This document shows positions 9,303 through 18,574 of a stretch of 32,000 nucleotides of DNA, in pieces (position 1 is the stretch's first letter; each line of letters begins with the position of its first letter). Source of the stretch: Pyrodictium abyssi (GTDB lineage: Archaea; Thermoproteota; Thermoprotei_A; Sulfolobales; Pyrodictiaceae); assembly GCF_036323395.1 (NCBI RefSeq), contig NZ_AP028907.1, positions 930,001 through 962,000 on the forward strand. The letters run 5' to 3'. The translations under genes and the position numbers were made by a program. The notes under the pieces are model-generated. The model was not told where the DNA came from, ran no database searches, and saw only the letters and a list, made by a program, of their open reading frames with translations.

Positions 9303-11024
9303 CTACCAGCGTAGTAGCGGCGGCCGTTTCTCCATTACCTTTTTCCTGGCTTCTGCTAGTAGCTCGTGCACCTTTTCGGGGAAGTCGCTGGGCAGTTTGC
9401 GGAAGAGTGGCTCCGGCTCTCCTAGCGTGTGGCCCGGGTTGAGCAGTGGCTTGGAGGCCTCTAGCCAGCGGCCGGGCTCGTGCACAGAGCCCTCCATGTT
9501 GAGCATCTTCCATAGCCTCTCGGCGGCGTCTGGTGTGAACGGTGCTAGGAGTACTGCGAGCTCGGCGACAGCATTGGCGGCCACATACATAGTTGTGGCA
9601 GCGTCCTGGGGATCAGTCTTGATCTTCTCCCAGGGCGCCTTCGCGTTTAGGTACTGGTTGCCCCTTCTGGCCAGCTCTACTACCTCTTCTAGGGCTTGTT
9701 TGAGCCGGAAGGACTCTATGTAGCTGCCAACCCTGCTAGGCGCTGCGAGTATGTAGTCGAGGTACTCCTTGTCCAGATCTTTAATCTCGCCTGGCTCTGG
9801 TACTTTGTTTCCGAACCGCGACTTTATGAACTTGAGGACGCGGTGTACAAAGTTGCCTATATCATCGTTCATATCGCTATTCACAATCCTAGTGAACTCG
9901 CTCCACGTGAAGTTGGTGTCCTTAGTCTCGGGCCTCATCTTAATGAGTGCAAAACGCCAGTAGTCGGCCGGTAGAAGCTCTAGTGCCTCGTCCATCCATA
10001 TGCCCCAGCGCCGGCTCTTAGAGAACTGCTCGCCTTCATACATTAGGTACTCTGTAGAGGATATATACCATGGGAGTGTGTAGGGGTCGCCGCTGGCCAT
10101 GAACATCGCCGGTAGTATTATGGCGTGGAACGGTATGTTGTCCTTGCCTATGAAGTAGACCGTCCTAGTCTCGCTATCAAACCAGTAGCGCTTCCAGAAC
10201 TCCTCGTCACCCTTCTCCCTTATGCCGTACTCCTTAGTAGCCGACACGTATCCTAGAAGCGCGTCGAACCAGACATAGATTGTCTTACCCTCTGCACCGG
10301 GGAATGGCGCTGGTATCCCCCACTTGTTGTCGCGGGTGACGCTACGCGGCTTAAGCCCCTCTTTGACCCAGTTCATGCTGTAGTTCTTAACGTTGGGCGG
10401 TAGACGGGACTCCTGGAGCCAGCGTAGCAGCTTCTCCTGTAGCTTGGGGAGGTCGAAGAACCAGTGGCGACTCTTCCTGAACTCCACGGGGCCTCCACAT
10501 ATGGCGCATCTAGGGTTCTTTAGCTCGGTTGGGTGTAGTAGCCGTCCGCAGTTGTCGCACTGGTCTCCGTAGGCCTTCTCGAAGCCACAATAGGGGCAGG
10601 TGCCTACGACGAAGCGGTCGGGGAGAAACATTCCGTCGCGAGGACAGTAGGGGAGCACATCGTCCTGCTCGAAGATATAGCCGTTCTGGTAGAGCTTCAT
10701 CATGAACTCCTGGACGAAGCTCTTGTGGACAGGGCTCTCGGTGCGAGTGTAGTTGTCGAAGCTTATGCGGTACTCCCGGATAAGCTTGGAGACATACTCG
10801 TGAGCCTGGTCGGTGAGCTGCTTGGGATCAACACCCCTACGTATAGCCTCTATCTCTATAGGAGTCCCATGCTCGTCGCTGCCGCTCACGAATACCACGT
10901 CTTCTCCGCGGAGCCTTAGGTAGCGGGCAAACACGTCGGCTGAGAGTATAGAGCCTATCAGGTTGCCTAAGTGTGGTACATTGTTTACGTATGGCCAGGC
11001 AGATGTGACTACCCATCGTGCCAT
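9303..11024 (-). CDS. metG: Methionyl-tRNA synthetase
   Basis: '[19 protein letters not shown]' (HIGH-like), '[16 protein letters not shown]', zinc knuckles '[18 protein letters not shown]' and 'CAICGG', and KMSKS-like 'FSKSRRWG'. Confidence 0.96.
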   Translation of the reverse strand: MARWVVTSAWPYVNNVPHLGNLIGSILSADVFARYLRLRGEDVVFVSGSDEHGTPIEIEAIRRGVDPKQLTDQAHEYVSKLIREYRISFDNYTRTESPVHKSFVQEFMMKLYQNGYIFEQDDVLPYCPRDGMFLPDRFVVGTCPYCGFEKAYGDQCDNCGRLLHPTELKNPRCAICGGPVEFRKSRHWFFDLPKLQEKLLRWLQESRLPPNVKNYSMNWVKEGLKPRSVTRDNKWGIPAPFPGAEGKTIYVWFDALLGYVSATKEYGIREKGDEEFWKRYWFDSETRTVYFIGKDNIPFHAIILPAMFMASGDPYTLPWYISSTEYLMYEGEQFSKSRRWGIWMDEALELLPADYWRFALIKMRPETKDTNFTWSEFTRIVNSDMNDDIGNFVHRVLKFIKSRFGNKVPEPGEIKDLDKEYLDYILAAPSRVGSYIESFRLKQALEEVVELARRGNQYLNAKAPWEKIKTDPQDAATTMYVAANAVAELAVLLAPFTPDAAERLWKMLNMEGSVHEPGRWLEASKPLLNPGHTLGEPEPLFRKLPSDFPEKVHELLAEARKKVMEKRPPLLRW

Positions 11025-11106
11025 ACCTGTCAGGCCCCCGGCGATAGAGTGCGCATGCTAGGCCCTTGTTATTTTAGGTGCTTCCCAGCTGGTCATAACC
11101 CACCGG

Positions 11107-12057
11107 GTGGCTTCTCTAATGGAGTCAGAGGCTCCGAGACATATAGCTGTAGGCAACCTCAACATAGACGTATACATGGTTGTTGACTACATACCGGGTC
11201 CTGACGAGAACGCGGTAGCCAGAGAGGCCTACATTGGGCCTGGCGGGGCTGCGGCAAACTACTCGGTAGCTGCGGCTAGGCTGGGGCACAGAGCGTCTCT
11301 CCTCAGCCATACAGGTAGGCTCGCTGAACAGCTCGGTGTTCTAGGGCTGCTATGGGAGCGCGGGGTAGACACGTCACTTGTAAAGATACATGATAACGAG
11401 ATGCCAGGCATAGTTATAGTCCTAGTAGCTCCTGGCGGAGAGAGGACAATGATAACTATGCGTGGCGCTAACAACCTGCTGAGAGGCGACGAGGCCAGTG
11501 GCGCTGAGGCAGATGTCCTACATGTGGCTAGCCGTGGTACAGAAGTACTTCGGCGTGCAGCCTCAACTATACGCTCGAAGATTGTATCCTACGACCCGGG
11601 TGGCGCAGCTGCACGTAGAGAGAAATCGCGCATACTAGAAGCTGCACGGGAACTAGCTGATGTGCTGGTCCTTAACCGGGTCGAATACCGGCTTGTAGCT
11701 GGGGATAAGCCCCTCAGCGAAGCCCGGGACCTCCTCGGCGGCAAGCTGAAGTATGTCATAGTGAAGAAGGGTGCTGAAGGTGCGATACTCGTAACGCGTG
11801 ACGGCCTATGGCATGTAGATGCGTTCCGTGCCGGAGAGGTTGTCGACACTACCGGGGCAGGCGACGTGTTCATAGCAGTGTTCAACTCGTACCTAATAGA
11901 AAAGAGCGACTATATCACGGCCCTCCAGGCAGCATCAATAGCAGCTGGCATCAAGGTCACACGCAGGGGGGCACAAAGTGCACCAAGCAGAGAAGAGATC
12001 GAGAGATTCCTCCGCGAAAACCCGCCGAGGGTCCACGAGTACGAGGGCGGAGCTTAG
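11107..12057 (+). CDS. PfkB/ribokinase family carbohydrate kinase
   Basis: 'HIAVGNLNIDVYMVVDYIP', 'GPGGAAANYSVAAARLG', 'DTTGAGDVFIAVF'. Confidence 0.88.
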   Translation: MASLMESEAPRHIAVGNLNIDVYMVVDYIPGPDENAVAREAYIGPGGAAANYSVAAARLGHRASLLSHTGRLAEQLGVLGLLWERGVDTSLVKIHDNEMPGIVIVLVAPGGERTMITMRGANNLLRGDEASGAEADVLHVASRGTEVLRRAASTIRSKIVSYDPGGAAARREKSRILEAARELADVLVLNRVEYRLVAGDKPLSEARDLLGGKLKYVIVKKGAEGAILVTRDGLWHVDAFRAGEVVDTTGAGDVFIAVFNSYLIEKSDYITALQAASIAAGIKVTRRGAQSAPSREEIERFLRENPPRVHEYEGGA

Positions 12058-12442
12058 ACTCGACTGCCGGCTAGCTAGCGGCAGATACTGTGCGTTGTGC
12101 TGCTACTCTACCGAGATGCCTCTCACGAGAGAGGATATCGAGAGAATAGCATCCCTAGGCTATAGCCCAGACTACTTCGTAGAGCATGTGGACGGGGTGC
12201 CACGGCTTAGAAACGTTGAAGGCCACTGCGTCTTCCTAGACCCCTCCACTAACAAGTGCAAGATCTACCCTCATCGGCCTATGGGCTGTCGCCTCTACCC
12301 GCTAGTATATGTGCCCGGCGAGGGAGTCGATGTGGACCCGGAGTGTCCGAAAGCCTACACCATCGACAGAAAATCCGTTAGAGAGCTTGCTCCCCTAGTC
12401 TTACGCTTAGTAGAGATGATATATGGGAGTGAAAAGCTATAG
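11978..12442 (+). CDS. YkgJ-like cysteine-cluster (zinc/iron-chelating, UPF0153) protein
   Basis: 'LDCRLASGRYCALCCYSTEMPLTREDIERI...GHCVFLDPSTNKCKIYPHRPMGCRLYPL'. The N-terminus overlaps the PfkB gene and the exact start is uncertain. Confidence 0.75.
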   Translation: MHQAEKRSRDSSAKTRRGSTSTRAELRLDCRLASGRYCALCCYSTEMPLTREDIERIASLGYSPDYFVEHVDGVPRLRNVEGHCVFLDPSTNKCKIYPHRPMGCRLYPLVYVPGEGVDVDPECPKAYTIDRKSVRELAPLVLRLVEMIYGSEKL

Positions 12443-13996
12443 CGATAATTGCTCTCCCTGTAGCCTTCTCCGAAGTACGCGGAATGTCGGCGTGACGCTA
12501 CGCGGGTGGTTGGCGTACACATTGTCTAGCCTCCCTATGGAAGTGTTCTTTGGCAGCTGCTTGAGCGCTGAGGGGTTGCGGCGGGCCTCCCTGGCTATCT
12601 CCTGGAGCGCGACGGCGTACTCCTCTATCTGGCGTCTTGGCTCCGACTCCGTGAACTCTATCATAAGCGCCTCGTCCACTATAAGTGGGAAGTATATTGT
12701 CGGCGCGTGTAGACCTCTATCGAGCAGTGCCTTCGCTATGTCTTCGGCTGTGACTCCTGTCTCTTGTTTTAGTGGTTTAGCTGAGAGTACTAGCTCGTGC
12801 TTCCTCGGCCTCTCCGGGTCGTACGGGAGCTCGTAGCCGTCAACTCCCCCCATAAGGGCTATGAAGTAGTTAGTGTTGATAACGCTCTGTATCGCGGCCT
12901 CCCGGAGCCCCTCTCCTCCCAGCATGGCTATGTATATGAAGGCTTTTACCAACGGCGCTATGTTGCCATAGAACATGCGTATCCTTCCTATGCATTTCTC
13001 GCACTCATAGTCCCAGTAGTAGCGGTCACCCTTCTTAGCTATGAGTGGTCTTGGAAGATAGTCGACGAGCTCTCCCCGTGCACATACGACGCCTGCACCC
13101 GGCCCTCCGCCGCCGTGCGGCGCGCCGAAGGTCTTGTGGAGGTTCAGGTGTATTATGTCGAAGCCCATGTCGCCAGGCCGCACGATACCCATTATGCCGT
13201 TAAGGTTGGCACCGTCGTAGTATAGGAGTGCACCTATGCTGTGCAGCTTGTCTGCTATCTCTAGTATCTGGTCCTCGAAGATGCCGAGTGTGTTGGGGTT
13301 TGTCAGCATTATGCCGGCAGTCCGCTCGGATAACGCGGCATCCAGTGCCTCCATGTCCACGGTTCCATTCTCTGAAGTCGGTATCCTTACTACCTTGAAC
13401 CCCGCCATGGCGGCGCTAGCGGGGTTAGTGCCGTGGGCGGAGTCCGGGATAAGCATCTCATCACGGTCCTCGCCTCGGTCCATGAAGTATTTGCGTATCA
13501 TTAGTGCTCCTGCCAGCTCTCCAGCAGCGCCGGCAGGGGTCTGTAGGCTGCACCTATCCATGCCGGTCAGCTCTGCGAGCCAGCGCTCAAGGAGGTAGAG
13601 CATCTCAAGGAGGCCTTGCACCGTGTCGGGGTCCTGGTATGGATGTAGGTAGCGTATTCGAGGGTCCCTAGCTATATCCTCGCTTATCTTAGGGTTGTAC
13701 TTCATAGTGCACGAGCCTAGTGGCACGGGGCCTACGTCTACGCCGTAGCTCATCTGGCTTAGCCGCGTAAAGTGGCGTACAACCTCTATCTCGCTAAGCC
13801 CCGGTATCTCCGGGACCCTATCCCGGAGCATACGGCCGAGCTTCTCCTCTGGCGTAGCGCCGAGTACGCGTTCTAGCTCTGCGTCTTCGTCGCTGTAGGG
13901 ACGTATGAACCCGGAGTTGTCGGGGCTTCCTAGCTCGTATACCAGGGGCTCGCTCCATCTTGCCTGTCTCCAGCCACTCCTTGCTCCAGGGATCAT
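12437..13996 (-). CDS. gcvPB: Glycine dehydrogenase (aminomethyl-transferring) subunit 2
   Basis: 'PLGSCTMKYNPKI', 'DSAHGTNPASAAMAGF', PLP-lysine motif 'NLHKTFGAPHGGGGPGAG'. Confidence 0.96.
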   Translation of the reverse strand: MIPGARSGWRQARWSEPLVYELGSPDNSGFIRPYSDEDAELERVLGATPEEKLGRMLRDRVPEIPGLSEIEVVRHFTRLSQMSYGVDVGPVPLGSCTMKYNPKISEDIARDPRIRYLHPYQDPDTVQGLLEMLYLLERWLAELTGMDRCSLQTPAGAAGELAGALMIRKYFMDRGEDRDEMLIPDSAHGTNPASAAMAGFKVVRIPTSENGTVDMEALDAALSERTAGIMLTNPNTLGIFEDQILEIADKLHSIGALLYYDGANLNGIMGIVRPGDMGFDIIHLNLHKTFGAPHGGGGPGAGVVCARGELVDYLPRPLIAKKGDRYYWDYECEKCIGRIRMFYGNIAPLVKAFIYIAMLGGEGLREAAIQSVINTNYFIALMGGVDGYELPYDPERPRKHELVLSAKPLKQETGVTAEDIAKALLDRGLHAPTIYFPLIVDEALMIEFTESEPRRQIEEYAVALQEIAREARRNPSALKQLPKNTSIGRLDNVYANHPRSVTPTFRVLRRRLQGEQLSL

Positions 13997-15384
13997 AGAG
14001 CCTCACCTATGGCTTCTACAAGCCTGTCTATGTCCTTCATGCTGTGAGCCTCTGTGACGCAGAAAAGCGCAGAACAGTCGTCCATGAGTGGGGGCTTATC
14101 CGCTAATGGGAGGCCACCGAGTATCCCCTTCTCGAGGAGCATCCTGTGTACAGTATGGTAGGGCTTCGGGAACTTCACGACGAACTCCTTGAAGAACTCC
14201 CCGCCGAACAACGGCGACTCTACTCCCTCAAACTCGGCGAGCCTCTTGGCGGCATAATGGCTGCGTAGCCAAATACTCCGGGCCAGCTCACGTAGCCCGC
14301 TACCTCCGAGAAGGACCATGTACGCTGCAGCAGCTACCGCCATTAGTGCCTCGTTGCTTGTTATGTTCGATGTCGCCTTCTCGCGGCGGATGTGTTGTTC
14401 ACGGGTCTGTAGAATCATCGTAAAGCCGTACTCTTTGCCATCAATAGTCTTCGTCAGCCCTATCAGACGGCCAGGCATCTGTCTTACTAGCTTCCTGTCC
14501 CACCGCGTAGCGAATATCCCTAGGTACGGGCCCCCGTAGTTTAGACCCAGTCCTAGCGGCTGGGCATCGCCGACAACTATGTCGGCTCCATAACTCCCCG
14601 GTGGGCGTACTATGCCGAGGCTCAGAGGGTCAACACCTACTATGAACAGGGCCTTCCTCTTATGTGCTACCTCGGCTATAGCGTCAACACCGTCTTCAAT
14701 GACTCCGAAGAAGTTTGGAACCTCGACATATACTGCGGCAGTGTTGTTATCTACTATGTTCTCCAACTGTTCTAGGTCTACTCTACCTGTCTCACGGTCG
14801 AAACCTACGAGTTGTATGTTGACATCCTTACCTAGAAGCCATGTCTTTATTACCTCCATGCGCTCTGGGTGTATGTTCCCTGCCACTACTACCTTCCTCC
14901 TCTTCGTCACACGCATGGCTGCCAGTATGGCCTCTGCTGCAGCAGTACTCCAATCATACATAGACACGTTTGCCACATCCATCTCAAGAAGGTCGGCCAT
15001 AAGACTCTGGTACTCGAAGAATGCTTGGAGGAGGCCCTGGTTTATCTCGGGCTGGTACGGTGTGTATGCTGTGTAGAACTCGTTTCGAGAGACTATAGCG
15101 TCCACGACGGCCGGGATTGTATGGAAGCAGACTCCTCCTCCAAGGAAGGGCGGTGGGTCGGTATAGACCTTGTTTTTGCGGAGCATTGAGTCTACGATCC
15201 TTCTAAGCTCCCATTCGGAGAGCTGACGCCCGAAGCCGATGCCTGGCGGTTTTTCGAGTACTATTTTGCGGGGAACATCCTTGTAGAGCTCCATCACGTC
15301 GTCGATGCCTATACGTCTAAGCATTTCTCTGCGATCCTTCTCATTAGCTGCCGGGGCCCATGGGAGCCTCAAATACCGTAGCAC
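13993..15384 (-). CDS. gcvPA: Glycine dehydrogenase (aminomethyl-transferring) subunit 1
   Basis: 'FLGGGVCFHTIPAVVDAI', 'FYTAYTPYQPEINQGLLQAFFEYQSL', 'RKLVRQMPGRLIGLTKTIDGKEYGFTMILQTREQHIRREKATSNI'; 4-nt overlap with gcvPB. Confidence 0.96.
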   Translation of the reverse strand: MLRYLRLPWAPAANEKDRREMLRRIGIDDVMELYKDVPRKIVLEKPPGIGFGRQLSEWELRRIVDSMLRKNKVYTDPPPFLGGGVCFHTIPAVVDAIVSRNEFYTAYTPYQPEINQGLLQAFFEYQSLMADLLEMDVANVSMYDWSTAAAEAILAAMRVTKRRKVVVAGNIHPERMEVIKTWLLGKDVNIQLVGFDRETGRVDLEQLENIVDNNTAAVYVEVPNFFGVIEDGVDAIAEVAHKRKALFIVGVDPLSLGIVRPPGSYGADIVVGDAQPLGLGLNYGGPYLGIFATRWDRKLVRQMPGRLIGLTKTIDGKEYGFTMILQTREQHIRREKATSNITSNEALMAVAAAAYMVLLGGSGLRELARSIWLRSHYAAKRLAEFEGVESPLFGGEFFKEFVVKFPKPYHTVHRMLLEKGILGGLPLADKPPLMDDCSALFCVTEAHSMKDIDRLVEAIGEAL

Positions 15385-15410
15385 CCGGGACTCCAGAGGC
15401 GATTTGCCCC

Positions 15411-15418
15411 AGTTAATT
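15411..15418 (-). promoter_or_regulatory. Putative TATA box for the gcvPA-gcvPB operon
   Basis: Minus strand 'taattaac' about 27-34 nt upstream of the gcvPA start, implying a nearly leaderless transcript. Confidence 0.4.
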
Positions 15419-15765
15419 AGGCTAGGAGTAGCTACAATGCCGGAGTAAAGATAATCAACTGGTAGCAGCGTATGCAGTAGCTTTCGGGGCTATGACGAGA
15501 GTCATGCCACCCGACGTAGAGAGAATGAGGCTAAACCCCTGGGGTAGCAGAGCCCCGTGGGCATAGCCCAGAACTCTGCTACAGTTTGGCGTGCTAGCAT
15601 TAGAGAACGGCCGACGCCAGCCTATGATGTGGACGTGGCAATTCTAGCTAGACCCAGCTAGATAAGGCATGGTCGAACAGGGCGCATTTCGGCTGTAGAC
15701 AGGAGCTGCAGAGGTTACGAAGGGTGGCTAGGAGGTGTTCTGGTGGGGCTTGGAAGGCCCGCAGG

Positions 15766-15885
15766 TGGAGCCGCCGCCGGGATTCGAACCCGGGACCCCC
15801 GGCTCCCTCGGAACCCGCGGTGTGTCCCGCGGCTGGACGCCAGCGGGCTTACGAGGCCGGTGCTCTACCGCTGAGCTACGGCGGC
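15766..15885 (-). tRNA. tRNA-Thr(CGT) with about 45-nt intron at 37/38; CCA encoded
   Basis: Minus strand: GCCGCCG-TA-GCTC-AGCGGTA-GAGC-A-CCGGC-CTCGTA | 45 nt intron (15849..15805) | A-GCCGG-GGGTC-CCGGG-TTCGAAT-CCCGG-CGGCGGC-T-CCA. All stems pair, and U73 is consistent with archaeal tRNA-Thr. Confidence 0.93.
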
Positions 15886-15919
15886 TCCCATGTATTAGGC
15901 TAGGGTCTGTAGCAGGCGG

Positions 15920-15928
15920 CTTTATAGG
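15920..15928 (-). promoter_or_regulatory. TATA box for tRNA-Thr(CGT)
   Basis: Minus strand 'cctataaag' about 36 nt upstream of the mature tRNA 5' end. Confidence 0.5.
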
Positions 15929-15985
15929 GTTATCGTGTAGTACACTGCTTCTCGGCCGATGACGCGACACGCAGGCCTAGTAGAT

Positions 15986-16012
15986 CCTCCCGCCTTCAAG
16001 CTAGGCGGGAGG
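15986..16012. repeat. Perfect 10-bp palindrome CCTCCCGCCT-tcaagct-AGGCGGGAGG
   Basis: Directly read; arms 15986..15995 and 16003..16012 are exact reverse complements with a 7-nt loop. Confidence 0.85.
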
Positions 16013-16169
16013 GGATGCTATAGCCCGTCCACGGCCGAGGCCGTCAAAGCTAGTGTGGCTCTGCAGTTGGGCTGTACTATGTTTATCAGCGCTCAGCCTT
16101 GTCCTCACAGCCCCTCCGCGTAGGACGCCTACATCACCTAGCTAGTGGTCGAGCTTTTTGCTGGATTAT

Positions 16170-16219
16170 TCAGCTCCGGGTTTATCCTCAATGGGGCTCA
16201 GTCCGGCCACATTCATCAC
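16170..16219 (-). ncRNA. Candidate archaeal C/D box sRNA
   Basis: Minus strand: C GTGATGA (16219-16213) - N11 ATGTGGCCGGA - D' CTGA (16201-16198) - 6 nt - C' TTGAGGA (16191-16185) - N11 TAAACCCGGAG - D CTGA (16173-16170). The geometry is symmetric and compact. Confidence 0.62.
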
Positions 16220-16361
16220 GTTTTGGTTTCCTCGTTGCAGGCACCTGGCATAAGGTGCTCCATGTGTGTCTGTATGTTCTTATTAGGGGGTCTAGTAGCT
16301 CTGACGCTTAGGCTCGAATCCGGTAACATGTATAGAATGGGCGGATGCCGGCTGCAGTCAA

Positions 16362-17132
16362 ATGATGGAAGGATGGGGTGGCTCCAGCGTGTTCTCGGAG
16401 CGAATGATGCTTATTATTGGGCAGGTCTATCTTGCAATACTTTCGCTTGTCCTAGCTATAGCACCAAAATACTATATGTTTGTGTTTATAATATATTTTG
16501 TAGCGATAATGGCTCTAGGTATGTATTCTGCACGTAGTAGCGGCGGGAGAAGCGTGCCCAGAGAGGAGATAGAGAGGGCGCGAACACTGCTCAAGGAAGA
16601 TAAGGCATTTGAACTCGCTATGGAGGACGAGGAGCTAGTAAAGCAGTATGCTGGCCAGGCTAAGACAATGCTGGTAATGCTCATGTTGTTTCCAGTCTAC
16701 ATACTCTTGTTTAAGAGCGCGTCGATGTATCATGACGAGATAATAGCTCGGTTGGAGTCTATGGGGATAAGTAGCACTATGGCAGGGTTCATGTTCTGGC
16801 TGCTGGTATTCGAGACTATGTTTGCGATAAGCCAGCTGACAAGACGAATAGTGGCTAGGGGTGGGCGTGGACAACCACCGCTAGTACCCCACGGTTTCCG
16901 GGTGACCGAGAAAGGCATCGTAGTAAAGGGGTCTTTCGGGCAGGTTATCGGGTTCCCATTGCCAGAGGGTAGTGAGGTTAGGCTGGACGAGGCTAAGAAT
17001 TATGTCGAGATCAAGTATCCTCGTGGCAACAGGGTACGGCTCTATACACGCAAGGCGCGAAAACTCTACGAGTATATACGGCGTTATGGCCTACAACATG
17101 ATGTAGGGGAGAAGGAGTCGGCGAACGGTTAA
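16362..17132 (+). CDS. EMC3/TMCO1 (DUF106) family membrane protein
   Basis: N-terminal TMs, coiled coil with 'KEDKAFELAMEDEELVKQYAGQAKTMLVMLMLFPVYILLF', then TM 'MAGFMFWLLVFETMFAISQLTRRI'. Confidence 0.65.
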   Translation: MMEGWGGSSVFSERMMLIIGQVYLAILSLVLAIAPKYYMFVFIIYFVAIMALGMYSARSSGGRSVPREEIERARTLLKEDKAFELAMEDEELVKQYAGQAKTMLVMLMLFPVYILLFKSASMYHDEIIARLESMGISSTMAGFMFWLLVFETMFAISQLTRRIVARGGRGQPPLVPHGFRVTEKGIVVKGSFGQVIGFPLPEGSEVRLDEAKNYVEIKYPRGNRVRLYTRKARKLYEYIRRYGLQHDVGEKESANG

Positions 17133-17140
17133 AGGCTTTG

Positions 17141-18313
17141 CTAGATTTTCTGTTCCAGTACCATCTTGTACTCCACTTCATCTAGGCTAGAATCTATCTT
17201 CAGCATGTCGAGCATTTCTTCAAGTTTGTCCCGTTCTCTATCTATCTCGCCTTCGCAGCCTTTCCCTACCCTAATGGGCTTATCTATTCGTGATAGAAGC
17301 ACCACCCTGCTCTCTATCTGCTGTGAGAGTATCTTGTACCCCGTTATATCTGCAAACTTCTTAGCGAATGCGAGTACCTCTATGTGACGCAGCATGTCTT
17401 TGCTTGATAGTCTGTGGCGTGCAGCTCCTACGTGCATGTATGACTTGAACTCTATGTATGTTGGTTGCGCGATTTCCACAAGCTTAGCCCATGCTTTGAG
17501 CGCAGTCTCATGCATGTTGAAGCTCCTTACTAGGGTAAACCTTATCACGGTTATGCTTGAGAAGCTTGGTAGCATCTCTAGTGTCTCTAGTGTAAGCTCC
17601 CATGCCCTTGGTACTAGAGGCTTGTCAAACTCATTGTAGCTCTTCTTGTCCCATGCTTCTAGACTAATGTAGAGCTGTGTTGGCTCCTCCTCAAGGTTAG
17701 CTAGAACGTCTGGGCGTACTCCGCGGGTTACTAGGAATGTTGTTAGGCCGCGCTTGTGATACTCTTGTATCAGTTCGCCAAGTCGAGGATACAGTGTTGG
17801 CTCGCCGGTAAGGCTTATGGCAACGTGGACTGGGTTCATGGCCTCTTCTAGCAGGCGCTTCATCCTTTCATCTGCTTTAGGGTGTCCCCAGTAGCCCATG
17901 AGCGACTCTCTATGAGCCTCTATGCTTCCTTCCGCTATCAGGTCGGGGTCGTCTACCCATGGCAGCTTTGTGTCGTCCCAGCGGATGGTGTCGGTTGGGC
18001 GTAGTCTCCAGCAGTGTAGACATGCATTCCAGCACCAGAGCGCGGCGGGGCTCATCTGTATATCACGGTGGCTCTCTATCCCGTAGAACTTACACTTGTA
18101 GCAGAACCTGTTCTCGACTAGCGCTGCGTGTGTCCAGTGGCACTTCTTTACAACGCTGTGCCTCCCTACTATGATGTAGCCCTGGCGCTCTAGGATACGA
18201 TAGAGGCTACGGTAGGGTTCTGGAAAGTCGCTGATACGGTATTTCCACCTCTTATTGCGTACTGTTCTGGGTCTAAAGTCCAGCTGCGCCACTTCAACCC
18301 CCGTTAACTCCAC
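17141..18313 (-). CDS. taw1: 4-demethylwyosine synthase TYW1/Taw1 (radical SAM)
   Basis: 'CHWTHAALVENRFCYKCKFYGIESHRDIQMSPAALWCWNACLHCWRL' (CxxxCxxC radical SAM) and 'AISLTGEPTLYPRLGELI'. Confidence 0.95.
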   Translation of the reverse strand: MELTGVEVAQLDFRPRTVRNKRWKYRISDFPEPYRSLYRILERQGYIIVGRHSVVKKCHWTHAALVENRFCYKCKFYGIESHRDIQMSPAALWCWNACLHCWRLRPTDTIRWDDTKLPWVDDPDLIAEGSIEAHRESLMGYWGHPKADERMKRLLEEAMNPVHVAISLTGEPTLYPRLGELIQEYHKRGLTTFLVTRGVRPDVLANLEEEPTQLYISLEAWDKKSYNEFDKPLVPRAWELTLETLEMLPSFSSITVIRFTLVRSFNMHETALKAWAKLVEIAQPTYIEFKSYMHVGAARHRLSSKDMLRHIEVLAFAKKFADITGYKILSQQIESRVVLLSRIDKPIRVGKGCEGEIDRERDKLEEMLDMLKIDSSLDEVEYKMVLEQKI

Positions 18314-18494
18314 TTCTGTTTCAGAGCTCCTAAATTATGGTTAGTTACAGGGCCACGTAGTCTAGGCTAACAGAGTTAAAGCTAATATGCAGTTATGCCA
18401 GCATCTCTCAAGGGGATGTGGTGCACACCCTTTAGCCGAGTCATGGATGAGGGAGGTGGCCAGGGCCGAACCGCTATCCGAATGAAGTATTGGC

Positions 18495-18573
18495 TCAGTG
18501 CTCCGCCTACTCTTCACCCCCAGGTTCCCGGCGCCTTGAGCCCAGGAGGGTCAGGCCCAAAGGTCGTCATCAC
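18495..18573 (-). ncRNA. Possible C/D box-like sRNA with a long D'-C' spacer
   Basis: Minus strand: GTGATGA (18573-18567) - N12 CGACCTTTGGGC - CTGA (18554-18551) - 33 nt spacer able to form TCCTGG/CCGGGA hairpin - GTGAAGA (18517-18511) - N12 GTAGGCGGAGCA - CTGA (18498-18495). Confidence 0.4.
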
Positions 18574-18574
18574 T

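Noticed and set aside
12423-13598. Plus-strand ORFs (12423-12836, 12797-13225, 13236-13598)
   Set aside because: All are antisense to gcvPB.
15385-15765. Glycine riboswitch upstream of gcvPA
   Set aside because: No glycine aptamer consensus seen on the minus strand, and the likely TATA is only about 30 nt from the gcvPA start, leaving no room for an aptamer in the leader.
15735-15970. 75/80-aa ORFs at 15735-15962 (+) and 15728-15970 (-)
   Set aside because: They overlap the tRNA-Thr(CGT) gene; '...IRTRDPRLPRNPRCVP'-like peptides are a common artefact of tRNA loci.
16145-16537. 130-aa plus-strand ORF
   Set aside because: It overlaps the EMC3-like start in another frame with no coherent composition, and it covers the minus-strand C/D candidate.
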